A stretch of 64,000 bases of DNA, from assembly GCF_018977255.1 (NCBI RefSeq), contig NW_024704743.1, forward strand, positions 96,970,001 to 97,034,000. Direction: 5' to 3'. Under the pieces are notes generated by a model. That model saw only the letters and a list, made by a program, of their open reading frames with translations, was not told where the DNA came from and ran no database searches. Shown here in pieces: positions 49,501-63,399 of the stretch. The position numbers and the translations under genes were made by a program. Every line of letters starts with the position of its first letter. The stretch's first letter is position 1. Source of the DNA: Callorhinchus milii (taxonomy: Eukaryota).

Positions 49501-50606
49501 TATTGAAATGAACATTCTGTGCTTGGGTGCAGGCACTCCTGATGGGATGAGCTAAACCACTTAATAATATCAGACTGAATTAATCAGAGATTTTACTTTA
49601 TTTTTATACAGCTTATAGTTGTATTTACTTTAGATAATAGTCACTTGGCAAACTGTATCTGATTTATTTTGTACCTCAAAATTAGTGTTCTTAAAACATC
49701 CTGCTCCTTAATAATCATATAGAAATTGGGATTAAAAAGGTGTCCTTTTAAGATAAAACAAAATAAAATACGGAGAATGCTTAATCCCATTTTAGAGAAC
49801 ACAAATGTTTCTTTGCCATCCACTGGTCTAAAATTGATTTGAAAGTAGAACTAAAACATTTGAAAGTTTAAAAAGTATTTCTAGCATCAGGGAATCCCCA
49901 AATCACCTCTCACTAACTATAAAACAATGACAATGTCAAATGGACTGTGAGAAGTCAGAGAGACATCGTTGTCCTAAAGTCAGGGAGTATTCATTCCCAA
50001 ACTGGTCATTACGGACGGTTTTCTCCCGATAAAACATTTGTTAATTAGCCCAAGTGACAATTAAGGAAGACTAGTTTTGACCATATTTTTCTCTCATTAT
50101 ACCCCATTCATGTCCCTGCTAGGGTTCATGCCCTCATTCAGGCATAATTGTAACATAGTCTGCAGAACTGTAGGCAAGGTTGCAGAGTGAAAATCCTATT
50201 TGCTTTTCTCTCTGAGGTGAAGCACTGTGCTATTGTGACATTCTCAGTCTGGTGATCTGGATAATACTGCCTTTATATTGCGGCCTCCTGCGGGGCCTGA
50301 TTAAATAGTAGGCCCTCTGCTTTATCTTGGTGCTTCAGATTTGCACCGGGTACATTCCAGGGCCAAATCCACAGCACCACGGGAAACCACTGCACACATG
50401 ACAACTGATACATTTGGAAAGATTTACAAAGAATACTCCCTCCCAAACCCTTCTATTTTCTTTCTCTCATTTGAAGATCCAGCTTCCTCTTCAACGCATC
50501 TATACCGTTTGATTCAACCACTGCTTCAGTCAGCGAGTCTGACTACCCTCTGCTTGAAGTCGTTCCTCCTAAATTCTCTTTTAGATCCCCTCGTCATTAT
50601 CTTATA

Positions 50607-50950
50607 ATAATAATAATAATAATAATAATAATCCTTGCATTTGATATAGCGCTTTTCACGTCGGGAGGACGTCCCAAAGCGCTTCACAGAACACACTGTA
50701 AAGTGAATTGACTGTATATTTGTGGGCGAACGCGGCAGCCAATTGCGCACAGCAATGTCCCACAAACAGTCGTAGATTGAAAATGACCAATTTATTATTG
50801 CTTTTTTTTTTTGTTTTTGTTTTTTGAAGGGATTATTATTAGGCGTGTGGAGTAAGGAAACTTGCCCAAGGTTTCGCCCTGCCTGGAATTGAACTCAGGT
50901 CTCTCGCTTGCAAAGCGAGTGCTCTAACCACTGAGCTACAGGACTCCACA
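50607..50950 (-). mobile_element. Young full-length SINE with 6-bp target duplication
   Basis: CpGs intact. CTTATA at 50601-50606 and 50951-50956. Lies inside an older CR1-like remnant. Confidence 0.93.
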
Positions 50951-53029
50951 CTTATACTTGTGTTCCCTGGTTATTAACTCCCCAGCCAGTGGAAACAGCA
51001 TACAACATGTATAATTGTTTCCCAATTCGAGGATTGTGACTTTATTTTATGGCCAGGAATCTGCATGGAAGATCTGTGCAGGCAATGAGTATAGAAAGAA
51101 AGCTTTCAACCTGCCTGTGGATAGAAGAGTAACTCCATTTAATATCCTGTCTCTAGATGCGGTATCCTGTGGATACTGCATCACTATCTCTGGAGCTAGA
51201 GGCAGTGATATCAGTTCCAACATGACCATCAGTGAAAGAAGAACAATATAAAGGTGACTTAAGAACTGTTCAGACTTGCCTGGAATAAGGTTCAATAGAT
51301 GCGTACGCTCTGAGAAAGAGACCGTACTCTACTGTTCGAGGTACTTACTGCTTATTGGATTCGAGACCCATCCAGCCGCTCCCTTTGCTCATCAAGCTCT
51401 GGCCTGCTTCATATCCCTCACCCTATCAACCCCAGACTCGGCAAGTGAGCTTTCAGCCATTCTGGCCCTGCTCTCTGGAATTCCATCCTGGAGTCCCTCC
51501 AACTCATTCCCTCCCTACCTCACCTCGGTTAAATCCATTTTGAGATTTACCTTTTTTCCGTGCTTTTGATTATTTTTCCCCTCTCCAACCCCACCAGCAA
51601 TGACAAGCACTTTGGGACATATTCACCCACAAAATATACAGTCAGTATATTCTGTGAAGTGCTTTGAGACGTCTCAACAACTTGATAAAACGTTATATCA
51701 AATGCAAAGATTATTATTGTTATTATTATTCCTGAGCTGAAATGTGCTAAGTAAATATAAGCTGTACATTGCCCATGATAGTTGTAGGCATTAAATATTT
51801 ACAAATCATATTTCTACTGGATATTTAGTTTTAATGATCTTAACACGATCAAGGTAATAAATAATTAAACCAGTATCACCCTTGTCACTGTAACCAATAC
51901 TGAGATTTTTTCTCTCTTTGTCCATTCCAAAAGAGAATTTAGGGTGAAAAATGTGAAATCACATCAAATTGGAAATGAAATCTTGTACTCTTCATCCTAT
52001 GCGGAACCCATATTTGCTACTTGTTATAAAGGGAAAATGAAAAAATTCATCAAGAATGAAAAATAATTCATCATGAACATATATCCTATAAATGATAGAA
52101 ATTATTTTTTCCACATATGAAACCAAATTGAGCACCAATATATTAGGCTTAATAAGACAACTTGAAGAGATTTTCTTCTAATTTCTGATGTTACCAACCA
52201 TGACAGTATGTGATTATAATCAAATTTCCCCTTTTATAAGCAAGTCACCAAAGCTGGTAATGGTATCGGCCAGCGAAATGTCACACTAATTTGATATGCC
52301 TGGTCATAAGTTGTTGAAATTTGTTCTAATTATTACTCTTTTATTGGGGACTCTGTTTGTTCCCCACAGTTCTCACTGTTGTGTGGTATATTTTTGCTGT
52401 ATTGCTATGACTGTTTCAAATTTCACTCCAGATCTCTGTGGCTGGCTGATAACCTTTTGCACTGTTGTTAGAGCCACCCTGACAGAAAATGACACATACA
52501 TCTGGAAACACCTGACCCCTGAGAGACTCTCCATTGTCTAATTTTTGCCTTGACTCATCTTTTGATGGCCCTTTCTATTCTGTTTGTGGAAAGCTAGATC
52601 GGCTTTATGTAAAGATTTCAGCACTCCGCAAAGTCAAAGAGATAAATGAGGCTACATTATGGAGTGAAACACTGGGCATTTTAATTTAAACACTTAAAAT
52701 TATTGCAATGTCATAACAGTTCTGTGTCAGCCTGGCTCAGTTGGAAGCACTCTGCTCTGAATCAAATGAATCAGATTGATGTCCTAGACAACAGTCCTCT
52801 GAAAAAAATTGGTAATTCGCTTCATGGCTGTTTGTGGGAACATTGCTATGTGTAAGATACAGTTACTACTCTTTACAGTAAATCCTGCGAAACAATTTGA
52901 GATGTCCTCCCAATGTGAAAGGTGCTATATTAAATACAAGGATTGTTATTTACAGTGAACTGATAATTTAGCACTGCAAGGGAAAAGTGCTCACTGTTGA
53001 GTTATCTGTTGTGGTGAGCTGGCACATGT

Positions 53030-53370
53030 GGAATCTGGTGGCTTAGTGGTTGGAGCGAGAGGACCTGGGTTTGATTCTCGGGCTGTGTAAAACATTGGGC
53101 AGGTTTCCTTCTCCACATGCTTTGATTACCTAGCTGTAAGTGGGAACCTAGTTGTTAGTCGATTGGCAGATCACTTTTCCGGGGATAATAATCCCTTCAA
53201 AAAAAAACACTGGGTTACTCAATCCATGACTGTTTGTGGGACACTGCTCTCCGCAATTGGCTGTCCACAAAATATACTGTCAATTCACGTTACAGTATAT
53301 TCTGTGAAGTGCTTTGAGACGTTTCGAAGATATGATAAGGCCCAATATTAAATGCAAGGATTATCATTAT
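53030..53370 (+). mobile_element. SINE, long form, diverged
   Basis: Contains TTACCTAGCTGTAAGTGGGAACC...AGTCGATTGGCAGATCACTTTTCCGGGGA, the module also at 9138-9205. Confidence 0.75.
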
Positions 53371-53946
53371 CTATAAATACATAAATAAATGCAGCAGGGA
53401 TATTGACAGCATGATGACTTAAGAGGTAGTGACAAGTTAAGCCAGGGTCAAGTAATCAGGAGTTTACTGTTTTTTTTATTTCTGTGACATTTGTGCCATA
53501 GAATCTGTTCAAGTAGATATTAAAGAACCCATGACGCTACTTGAGAAGGGAATGGAATTTCTCCCAGTGTCCTGGCTGACAAATAAATTGACTGTTTGTG
53601 GGACATTGCAGTGCACAAATTGGTTACCATGTTTGCCACAAAATACATACTCACCACACTTAAGAGTAATTACCGTACAGCATTGTGAGATGTTTCAACG
53701 TTGTCGGTGTTACATCAATTGCAAGGGATGTTATCATTGTGAGCAACCCTGAACTCAAGCTGCAGGCAGGTTAGAGGTGCTACAATGTATTCTGTACATG
53801 TTGGGTTGCGCAGTAACCATCTTAGAGCTGATTTGATGTGGACCATTACATTTACAGATTTTGGTAGTTAACAACATCATATTGTCCACTGATATATCAG
53901 TGTTTTGTGCTTGCTGCAAAGGATATATTACTATATTAATTCAAAA

Positions 53947-54340
53947 ATAAAGTAATAAGAATAATAATTCTTGCATTTGATATAGCACCTTATAATGTCG
54001 TCAAGACGACTCAAAGAGAATCACAGGATTTTCTGTCAAATTTAATAACTGTGTATTTGGAGGCGAATGCTGTAGCCCATTTGCACACAGTAATGTCCCA
54101 CAAACAGTCATGAAGTGAATGAGCAATTTTATTTGGGGGATTGTTGGCCAGGAGACTAGGAGAAACTCCATTCTCATTTTGAACAGTAACATGAGATCTT
54201 TAACATCCACGTGAACAGGGAGATGGAATCTTGGTTTAATGTCTCATCTGAAAGATGGTACTTCCAACAATGCAGCCTACCTCCAACGCTGCATTAGAGT
54301 GTCAGCCGAGACTGTGAGTTTCATGTCCTGATGTGGGAAT
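53947..54340 (-). mobile_element. Older Deu-like SINE
   Basis: GGTTTAATGTCTCATCTGAAAGATGGTACTTCCAACAATGCAGC is the reverse Deu core. Shared tail. Confidence 0.72.
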
Positions 54341-57300
54341 GATCATTCAGGTGGGATTGCCCTGGGTGGGTGTTGTCAGTTCCTGATGGAACATTGATGT
54401 GTTTAACTTTGAGCGCAATAATCCCCTTCAGATTAAGCCTTTACCCACTGAGCCATCCGCAAGTAACTTCACTAAAACATACACAAAATATTTACTGAAA
54501 ATCATTTTTGTAGGGACGTCAGAAAAAAAAGAATTGTTTAATTAAAAAAAAGTAAATGCATTCGGCACCCCAGGCGTCCAAAACAGAAGAAAACTCTGAG
54601 ATTTTTAATAGTTGGTCAATTTGGCTGCGTTTTCATTAAAAAAAGTTGATGTATGCTTTATGCATATTCTGTTTATTACCACAACTAATATCAACATCCG
54701 TGTTACAGTGGATAAGTCAGAGAGAAGCTTTTACAGAACTATAAGAGATTGCTTTGGCGATTTTTTCCTGGAATTACACAAATCTGTGTGTGCTCAGTTG
54801 GACTAAAGTAAATGGAATCTTGGACTGTTTGGTGTTGAAACTGTCAAATAGTTATATAAAAGCCAATAAAAGGATAATGTATCTTTAAGACAAACCAAAA
54901 AAATCTAGTTTGTGATCTGAAAATGCTGCAGAGAGACTGTTTTACTTTAATCCAACTCTGTTCTTTGGTTATCAAACTGTCAACTTTCTACAGCAACATA
55001 AAATGATTAAGAGTAGAGTTGTATTTCCGCAGTGTAATAACTTGAAATGCATAAAGAACGTGTCACTGGCAATGGAATCATTCTGGCTTTCACAACATGG
55101 CAATAAAAGGGCAGTGTTTATTAGATTGAGTTTTTTTGCAATGGATTTCAACCATCTCACTAATGTTATAAACTATGGAAACAGGGATAGAAATGCCACC
55201 TCAATCTTAGCATTTCAGAGTGCCCATAATTTGGCAATTTTTTGTTATTGTTATTTAAGAATCTAGAGAAAACAAGCATAAAATTTAAGACTAAATTGTG
55301 GACACTCTGAAATGCAAAGAAAATGGAGTAAATCTAGATCCAGATGGAATTTCTCTCCCAGTCAAAGTTCCTTCTTATTGATGTATTGACTGACAAAATA
55401 AGCACATAGATATACTGCACATAACCAAAATGAGTAAAGGATCAGAATGCTGTTTTCACAAAGAATACACAAATCATAAATAATCACCAGCACTGACAAC
55501 ATGGAAAACTTTGCTCATTCTTCCTTCTTGTCACTGTTTTCATAATGCAAGATCAGCATATCACACATGTAATGGTTGAAGAACAACCTGCAAAGACTAC
55601 AAAGACTACAGTGTTTGCAACCCACTCTTATGTTCATTTTTCTCAATAGATGCTGTTTAAAAGTATAATGATAATCAAAATATGCATAGGAATGCCATTA
55701 GGCCATTGTATGAAGGAGTGGAGAGTTTTGCCTTTGAACGAGGCTGTAGTGATCAAGCAGACATGTTTGACTTATATCATTCTTTTGGTCAGCTACATTA
55801 TGACATTATGTAAAAATCCATCACCAAGTTTAAGAGTATGCAAACCAGCTTGAAAATTACACATACGTATCCTACCTACACGTAGAAATCCTTCTTGTGT
55901 TCAGAATGTAATGTGCATCCTTTCCCTGGAGGAATGCTCCCTGTTTATCTAATTCTGGAGAGTATTCAGTGCAGGTTTGTGAGAGCCAAGGTTTGGGGAC
56001 CCTAGAGTGTGCGGTGGGGTACTGCTGGAGTTTAACCTGCTAACACCACATAGCACAAACCACTCTATCCTTCAGGACTTTGGTTTGCAGAATTAATAGC
56101 GCAGACAACAACAGCATGCATTTATATAGTGTCCTTCATGCAGGGTAGCATCCCGGAGCATTTAGATTACAGTAGTCTGGTTCCTGGCTGAATCCACCGC
56201 CACAAAGGACTCGATTCTGACATTCCAAATTCAAACAAGGACAGACACACTGTTTATTTCTTCCTCAAGGAGAATATTTGCTAGCTGGTTACTACAACAG
56301 TCCAGAACACATCTCTACCCACTGAGCGGTATGGAGCTTGAGCAGCAGCTATTTACCTCCTTGTGTTGCAACGTCTGGGCCTGAGCATTATATTGGTACA
56401 GAGGATACAGGAATATACAGGACTAAACAAAGTCCAACTGGCTGGCCACAATGTAAAAAATAAACTAAATTGTAAAATAATAGATAATTCTACTCTGTTG
56501 CTAATTGGTTTTGAAATTGGCAACAAATAATTACTATAATTCTAGAGAGAGGTGTCTTACTGAATTTGCTGTGTAGCTATTATGACAGAGATGCTGCTCA
56601 ACTATTATTGATTCTGCCATTATTTCTGCCAGTAACAAACAGTAACACTACTTTACAGTAAATCTTATGAAACGCTTTGAGACCATTCAATGACGTGATA
56701 AGGTGCTTTCTCAAATGCAAGGATTATTATAAAGATTATTACTCTCCTATAACTAATGTCACTATCTGCAATGACCAGTTCAGTTCTGCTTTAATCCTTG
56801 AGCCTTGACAGTATTGAAGAGACAGTGCAAGAAGCTTAACTAACTGAACAGTCTTTACTGTGAAGTGCTTTGAGACGTCTAGAAGACGTGAGAAGCGCGA
56901 TATCAAATGCAAGGATTATTATTATTATATTATTAAGTAAATACAGTCCTTAACTTTGGGTGCTTCAGTGACTGTGCTGTTGCAACAGAGCCTGTTAATT
57001 CAGCTCTGTGGCTCTGAATATGCAGTGTTCAAAATTGCACACATTCACCATGGGCATTAGTGTGTAAGGTGCCCTGATATTTGACAATTCAAAAGCAGCC
57101 ATCAAGAATTACTAAACTGCCTTAATGCAACCTATTATTGCATATAGAAAGCAACAATAGTTGGTACAGAGCACCAATGAATGAATGTTCCTATGATTGA
57201 GCCAGGCCCAGTAATTTACAGCAGATTCCTTCACTTTGAAAAAAAATGAAAGTACTGAGGCCTGAAACTACTTATGAAAAATTCCAGTCTGCCACCCACA

Positions 57301-58617
57301 TTGAAAGATGGAAACTAACAAAAAAAATACTTTGCCTATGTTAACCGTTTTCCAATCTGCATTTGTTTATGTTCTCAGTGTAAATGAATTGTAGAAATGG
57401 GCAGGATGGCTTTGTACAGTGAGTGAGTTACAACACCATTAAATTGTCGGAGTGGTACAATACCAATCTTAATTTTGCAGAAGTCTGGGGGGGAAAAGGC
57501 CAGTAACCAAACAGCCTGCCATTTCCTGATGGTGTGTTGTTTATCAACAACAACAACTTGCAGTTATATAGCACCCTTCATGCTGGGTAGCGTCCCAGAG
57601 CACTTGACAGTTAGTAGAGTCTGACCATGAGCCAGGGGGAGAGTGAGGGAGGAGGTGACCGTAAGCACGATCAAAAAGGAAGGTCTTTAGGCAGGATTTG
57701 AAAGTGGGGAGGAAGGGGGCAAGGCGGCAAGGATTAAAAATCCTTGAATTGGATTTTACTGACTTGAGATTTGCAATTTAGACTCCTAAGCTTTCCCATC
57801 TAGTAATTTTAAGGGGTACAGCATAACCTATCTTCCCCTCTTCAACCACATTCCCACTCACCAGCACCCCTTCCCCCCCACCCCAGAATATTTTATCCAC
57901 GGATTGCTTTTGATCATCAGATAGATAAATTATGCACACTGGATTTGTTGCATTAATTGTGACATTTGCAATTTCTGATTTGGTAAATGAAATAATGAGA
58001 TCCCGTTGGATAAATATCTGTTGAAGTGGATTTAAAGATCTCATGATGCCGCTTAAAAAGGAGAAAGGAGTTTCTCCCAGTGACCTGGCCAACAATCCTC
58101 AAATTGATCATTCCCCCTTTTGTCACAGTGACCACCATTGGTCACAGTACTCCAGGCCTGACCAGTGCATTGTACAGTTTGAGCATAACTTCTGGGGAAT
58201 AAACGTATTGACTTGGCATTGCGGCCCAGTCATTTATTTGCTTGGTTAATGGCCTTTTTGGACATGGTGAGTGCCGATTTAACTAACACGTTTTTAGTTA
58301 TTTAGAACCACGTTTCTCTCCTGGCAAATTTAATCCCAGTTAGTATAGTATATTTTTTGCTATTTCTGACCAGGTTTCAGGAAGTAGGAACAGCCTGTTT
58401 GTAAAAGTTCCCATTATTAATGCTATTCTCTCTCATTAATTTAGATTGGAGGAGAATAATTGTAGGTTAATCTCTTGTGAGCATCTTTCGTTTCTAGTTT
58501 TGTTTCTTATTGAACACAAAGTTTTAAGGTTAATTTTCGATAGCTGAAATTAACACTTCATCAGTCAACAATTTTAATATCGTGTGACTGGACTGTTGTC
58601 AGGTATTTTATTTCCAA

Positions 58618-58760
58618 TCATAGAATTATACAGCACAGAAGGAGGCCATTCGGCCAATCATGTCTGTGCAGGCCCTTTAGAAAGAGCTATCCAAGTCAAT
58701 CCCACTCCCCCGCACTCTCCCCATAACCTTGCAAACTTGACCTCCCCAAATAATTATCTA
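58618..58760 (-). mobile_element. CR1 3' tail
   Basis: CATAGAATTATACAGCACAGAAGGAGGCCATTCGGCC is the reverse of the tails near 490-520 and 25050-25096. Confidence 0.8.
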
Positions 58761-59830
58761 ATGTTTTGCCAGCTTTTCAAAGTGTTGTTTACCTAGGCTG
58801 AAATCCAACATCTATTTTGATAACAAGGGGGAGGCAGGAACAACTAACCTATCCCAACTGAGGCATTTATCCAGAGCTTTGTATTGCTGATATTCAGAGA
58901 GCTGGAACACAGTGTACATCAGACCTCAGTATCCTTGGCAGATAATAGTTTGTTATCAGATTGACACTGGTTGATCTAGCGGACTCTAAAAAAGCTAACT
59001 TTGCTGAACGTAGAAATAAATCTTCGGAAAATATACTGAAACTAGAGATTACCACACAGGCAGGGTATGATTTTGTAAAATAGTTTCACTCTGCAATGGT
59101 GTGTACTTGACTGTTATTGGCCAAATGCTGCCCCTTTTAATTAAAATAAATCATATTATTTGAGCCAATCTTGATACAAATTTATCATTTTAAGTGATTT
59201 TATACAAGATCATTGGCAGATAGTATGGTTTGTCAGACTGCCACTGGATCGTTTAATTCTATATATTGGGTCATTGTAGTTGTACGTTCAATATGTGTCC
59301 CAATCACTTTGAAGTATCCAGGTGTGCATGTCACAGACTTCTCTACCCACCAATACCCTCCACCCGACGCTGTTGGTAATGGTCACATCTGTAAAGCAGG
59401 CCAGGCATTGGCCTTGCAGTTCTGCTCTGTGGTTGCTAGTTATAGGCTTTCCAGTAAACAAAAAGCTCAGAAAACCAGTATCCCATGAACCGACAATTGA
59501 AGGCTATCAATCACGGTGTGGAAATGCATGTTGCGGGCCTGGTTTCACGGACCTTGAGAATAGCCTTGGGGAGATTCTATGATACACCTGGTAATGTCAA
59601 ATGAACAGAGAAATTAAGATTATTTCCCAGGAACACGCGCTCTGGGATGCAACCCTACGTGAAGGGCACTATATAAATGCAAGTTGTAAGTTGTTGTCTT
59701 GGCAATAATGGAAGAGTCACTTGATTTTTCAGTAGGGTGGCCAAAGGTCCCCTATTTCCGGGGACAGTCTCTGCATGAGGTATTGTGTCCTTGAGCAAAT
59801 TTGCCCTGTCTTGAATTCAGCAACAAACTG

Positions 59831-60072
59831 AGCAACAACAACAAAATTACATTTATAGAGCACCTTTCACGTCGGGAGGACGTCCCAAAACGCTGAACAG
59901 TCAGGTGTCAGGGCCCGAGCATGGGGGAGGGGTGGTGTAGGGCTGAGGGAAGGCAGAGAGGTGGGAGGGCGACTAAAGGCACAGTCGAAGAGTCTTGAGC
60001 CCAACCTTGAAGGAGGCAAGGGAGGAAGCGAGGCAAAGGGACCTTGGGATGGAGTTCCAGAGTGTGGGGGAG
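59831..60072 (-). mobile_element. L2 3' end
   Basis: (CAA)n then TTTCACGTCGGGAGGACGTCCC. Similar to 22400-22650. Confidence 0.82.
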
Positions 60073-61941
60073 CAAGAACAATACAATTCTAAAACGGATA
60101 CACTCATCAGAGAAATACAGACATTAATCCTACAAGCTTCCCCAGTACTGCCAGTATCAGCAATTATGGTGAGTTCAGTTTTTTTATGTATGTGTCCCTT
60201 ACAACATATCCTGCAAAGCGCATTGAGGCATCCTCCCGATGTGAAAGGCACTATACCAAATGTAAGATTTATTATCAGAGTACATTTTTTGTAGAATTTC
60301 GAAATTCATACAGGCCTATAAAACTATTAAGTCTTTAAATTCCATGAAAATCATCATATGTAAACAGGATAAAATACAACGCCATTTTAAAAAAACACAT
60401 GTATTAAAAAGAAGAGATTATGCTGTAAAAGGGAGCAACATTCGATCTGGGGAAGAAAACAAAAGAAAAGATGAATGGTAGATTGTCCTCACCTCTACCT
60501 AAAATGTTAATAAACTTGCCATCATTGAATGAGCACTGAATTGAAAAGTACCCTCCATGGCCCAAATCAGGAAAGGTGAAAGGATTAATCACTAAAGCCC
60601 TGCACAGACAGAGCGGCTTATAGCTGTGACAAATGGTTACCCGAGAGGAAGTTTCTTCAGTTCACTGGAATATTGCCTGAGAATTAATTGCTCAAATGTT
60701 AAAGCTTGAAGGAATTCCTTTAGCCAAATATTTAGCCATGTCTCCACTTTGTCCTTCAAAGACCTGTGAATTGTTTATGAACGTTAAGCAAACTGAGTTG
60801 CAAAAGACAAATTTTGCCCTTGTATGTTGCAGATACAGGCAGGGTTGTCTAATAGATATTCAATGTGAGTGTAGAAAATTTAGCTGTAGGAAATGAACCA
60901 ACACAGCACCTCAGTACAAAGTCTGGGCAGAGCAAAGCAGACAACATATTAAATACTAATTTTAGGATTGCAATATCAATACCAAATCGCCTGGTTAGCT
61001 GACAGGTTCCTTCCTATATGTAGGAGAGAGTATCCAGCAAAATGGCTCTAAATCTACCATCTTAAACTACCACAACACTGGTGAAACAACAGTGGGGAAA
61101 TATCAGCAGTGAGACATCATTGGAGAAATAACACTGGCTGAGTAACATTGGTTTAAGATGAAGAATTCAGAAGCATTGTGCTGGTGACTCTGTCCTACAG
61201 TTATTCACATGTTAATTTAGTGATTGACAAAGTTGACTCAAGGTAGAATATTCCTTTGAAATTAGGGAACAAAGATTTCAAAATGTCAAATTCCTTTGAA
61301 ATTTTCTCAACAAAGAGATCAGGAAATGAACCCAATGCGGCATGTCTGTTTCAATTTATTAATGAAACGGTTGAGTTCGATGGGCTCATATATGACTTGT
61401 ATTCAACTCACTGTGCCCTACAGAAACAAGACATCTGACTAAAGCTCTGGTTGACAGTTGGAAGAAAGGAATTGACTCAGATTTTATCCCACTTAATACT
61501 TTATTCAGAGAAAGACTTAAATCATTCGATCACTAGCAACAAAGCTCCAAAGAGATGGTGAGGATTTACCAGAAAAGGCACAATACCATACTTGGCCTGC
61601 CTTCAGTCATTGAAAGCTGTGTAATCCTTGCTGCCAGTGTACAAGAGGAAGTGTGAGATATCTGAGTGTGAATGTGTGTGTATGTATGAGTGTGGGGGGT
61701 GGGGCGGAGATGGGAAACCTGTTAGCTATATCTCAACAAATGTAAGTTAACCAATTGGCAGATTGCTTTCTGGGAGTAATAATCTCTCCAAAAAATATGT
61801 ATATACATATTATAATTTGGTCACTCAATCCATGACTGTTTGCACACTGCTGTGTGCAATTGGCTGCCACATTTCACCCACAAAATACACAGTCAATATA
61901 TTCAGTGAAGCGTTTTGAGACGCCTCAACAATGTGATAAGG

Positions 61942-62670
61942 CAACAACAACAACAATAACAACAATTTGGATTTATATAGCGCCCCCCACCCCGGACAGC
62001 TTCTCAGAGCGCTTCACACTAACGGATCCCGGGGCCAAGCCAGGGGGATGGGGTGGAAGGTGACCAAAGGCGCGGTCAAAAAGAAAGGTTTTCGGTCGAG
62101 ACTTGAAAATAGGAAGAGAGGGGGCGAGGCGAGGGGAGTGAGGAAGGGAGTTCCAGAGTCTCGGGTTACAGTGGCTGAAGGCACGGCTGCAGAGGGTGAA
62201 GCGGAGGACTCGGGGGATAAGGAGGAGGCCAGACCAGGTGGAACAAAGGCAACGGGCACTGTTTTGAGGAGAGAGGAGGTCAGAGAGGTAGGGGGGTGCA
62301 GAGGAGTGGAGGGATGTAAGACAAGGGTGAAGACCTTGAAGTCGATCCTCTCCGGTACAGGCAGCCAGTGTAATCTGGCAAGGACTGGGGTAATCGGGGA
62401 GCGGAGTTTGGTGTGGGTAAGAATGCGGGCGGCAGAGTTTTGTATGACTTGGATTTTATGGATGATAGTGGAGGGGAGACCGGCGAGGAGGACGTTAGAA
62501 TAGTCCAGCTGAGAGGTGACAAAGGCATGGACCAGGATTTCAGCGGCTTTCGGAGTGAGGTATTGGCGGAGACGGGCGATGCGTCTGAGGTGGAAGAAAG
62601 CGGTGCTGGTGAGGGACCGGATGTGGGGGAGGAGGGATAATTGAGGGTCGAATCTGACGCCTAGGTTGCG
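61942..62670 (-). mobile_element. L2 3' ~730 bp, inserted into a SINE (61710-61941 and 62671-62727)
   Basis: Reverse match to 24022-24540. The host SINE tail TGATAAGG|..ATATCAAATGCAA resumes after the insert. Confidence 0.87.
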
Positions 62671-63399
62671 TCAATATATCAAATGCAAATGCAAGGGCAA
62701 TATATCAAATGCAAATATTATTATTATGAACATTGTATGCCCAATGGATATTACAGCTGTGTGATCCGAGGATAAAATGCCTGATGCCAAAGGCTACGAA
62801 TGAATGTGACCAAGAGACACGATTCAGTCTCCTCCACATCAACCGGCATTAGGGTTTCACCTTGGTCTGCCCATGAGCATTAAATTTAGGAGTAAGCCTG
62901 TGGAATAAGATCCAAGTCTTTTTCCCCGCCACCCATCACTCCCCCATAAAGTAACAAATACTTTATTGTAAACTCAGAGCCTCTTTCAATGAAAGAAGCA
63001 GGGCAGTAAATATTAATTTGTATCAAAACCACACAAATGGCTCAGGATGTGAGCTGGTTTACTAGCCTGATTATGGACTTGCAGAAGGTGTCGGGGAATT
63101 ATTCTATGGGCATTTTTCTAATAGTTTTTAGTCTACAACAATTTTCTTCAACAGATTTTAACTCCAAATCCTCTCCTCTCTTGAAGCCACTTGAACTCAC
63201 TGGTGTCTATTTTACACCGTGTGTAAATCTTAGGTAAATGAACGTGAATTGTGTGCCATTTGTAAATGCATGCATAAAGCAGAATATGCAGGAATCCTCA
63301 ATTATGTAATTAGCAAGTAATCAATGATTCAATACTGGAGGCATCATAATTTGATACCTGCCCTAACTCATGGGTCACACATTGGCTTCGACCACTCTT

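Noticed and set aside
59733..59770. TAGGGTGGCCA...GGGACAGTC hAT-like terminus
   Set aside because: Only one short end is visible, with no matching TIR or TSD.
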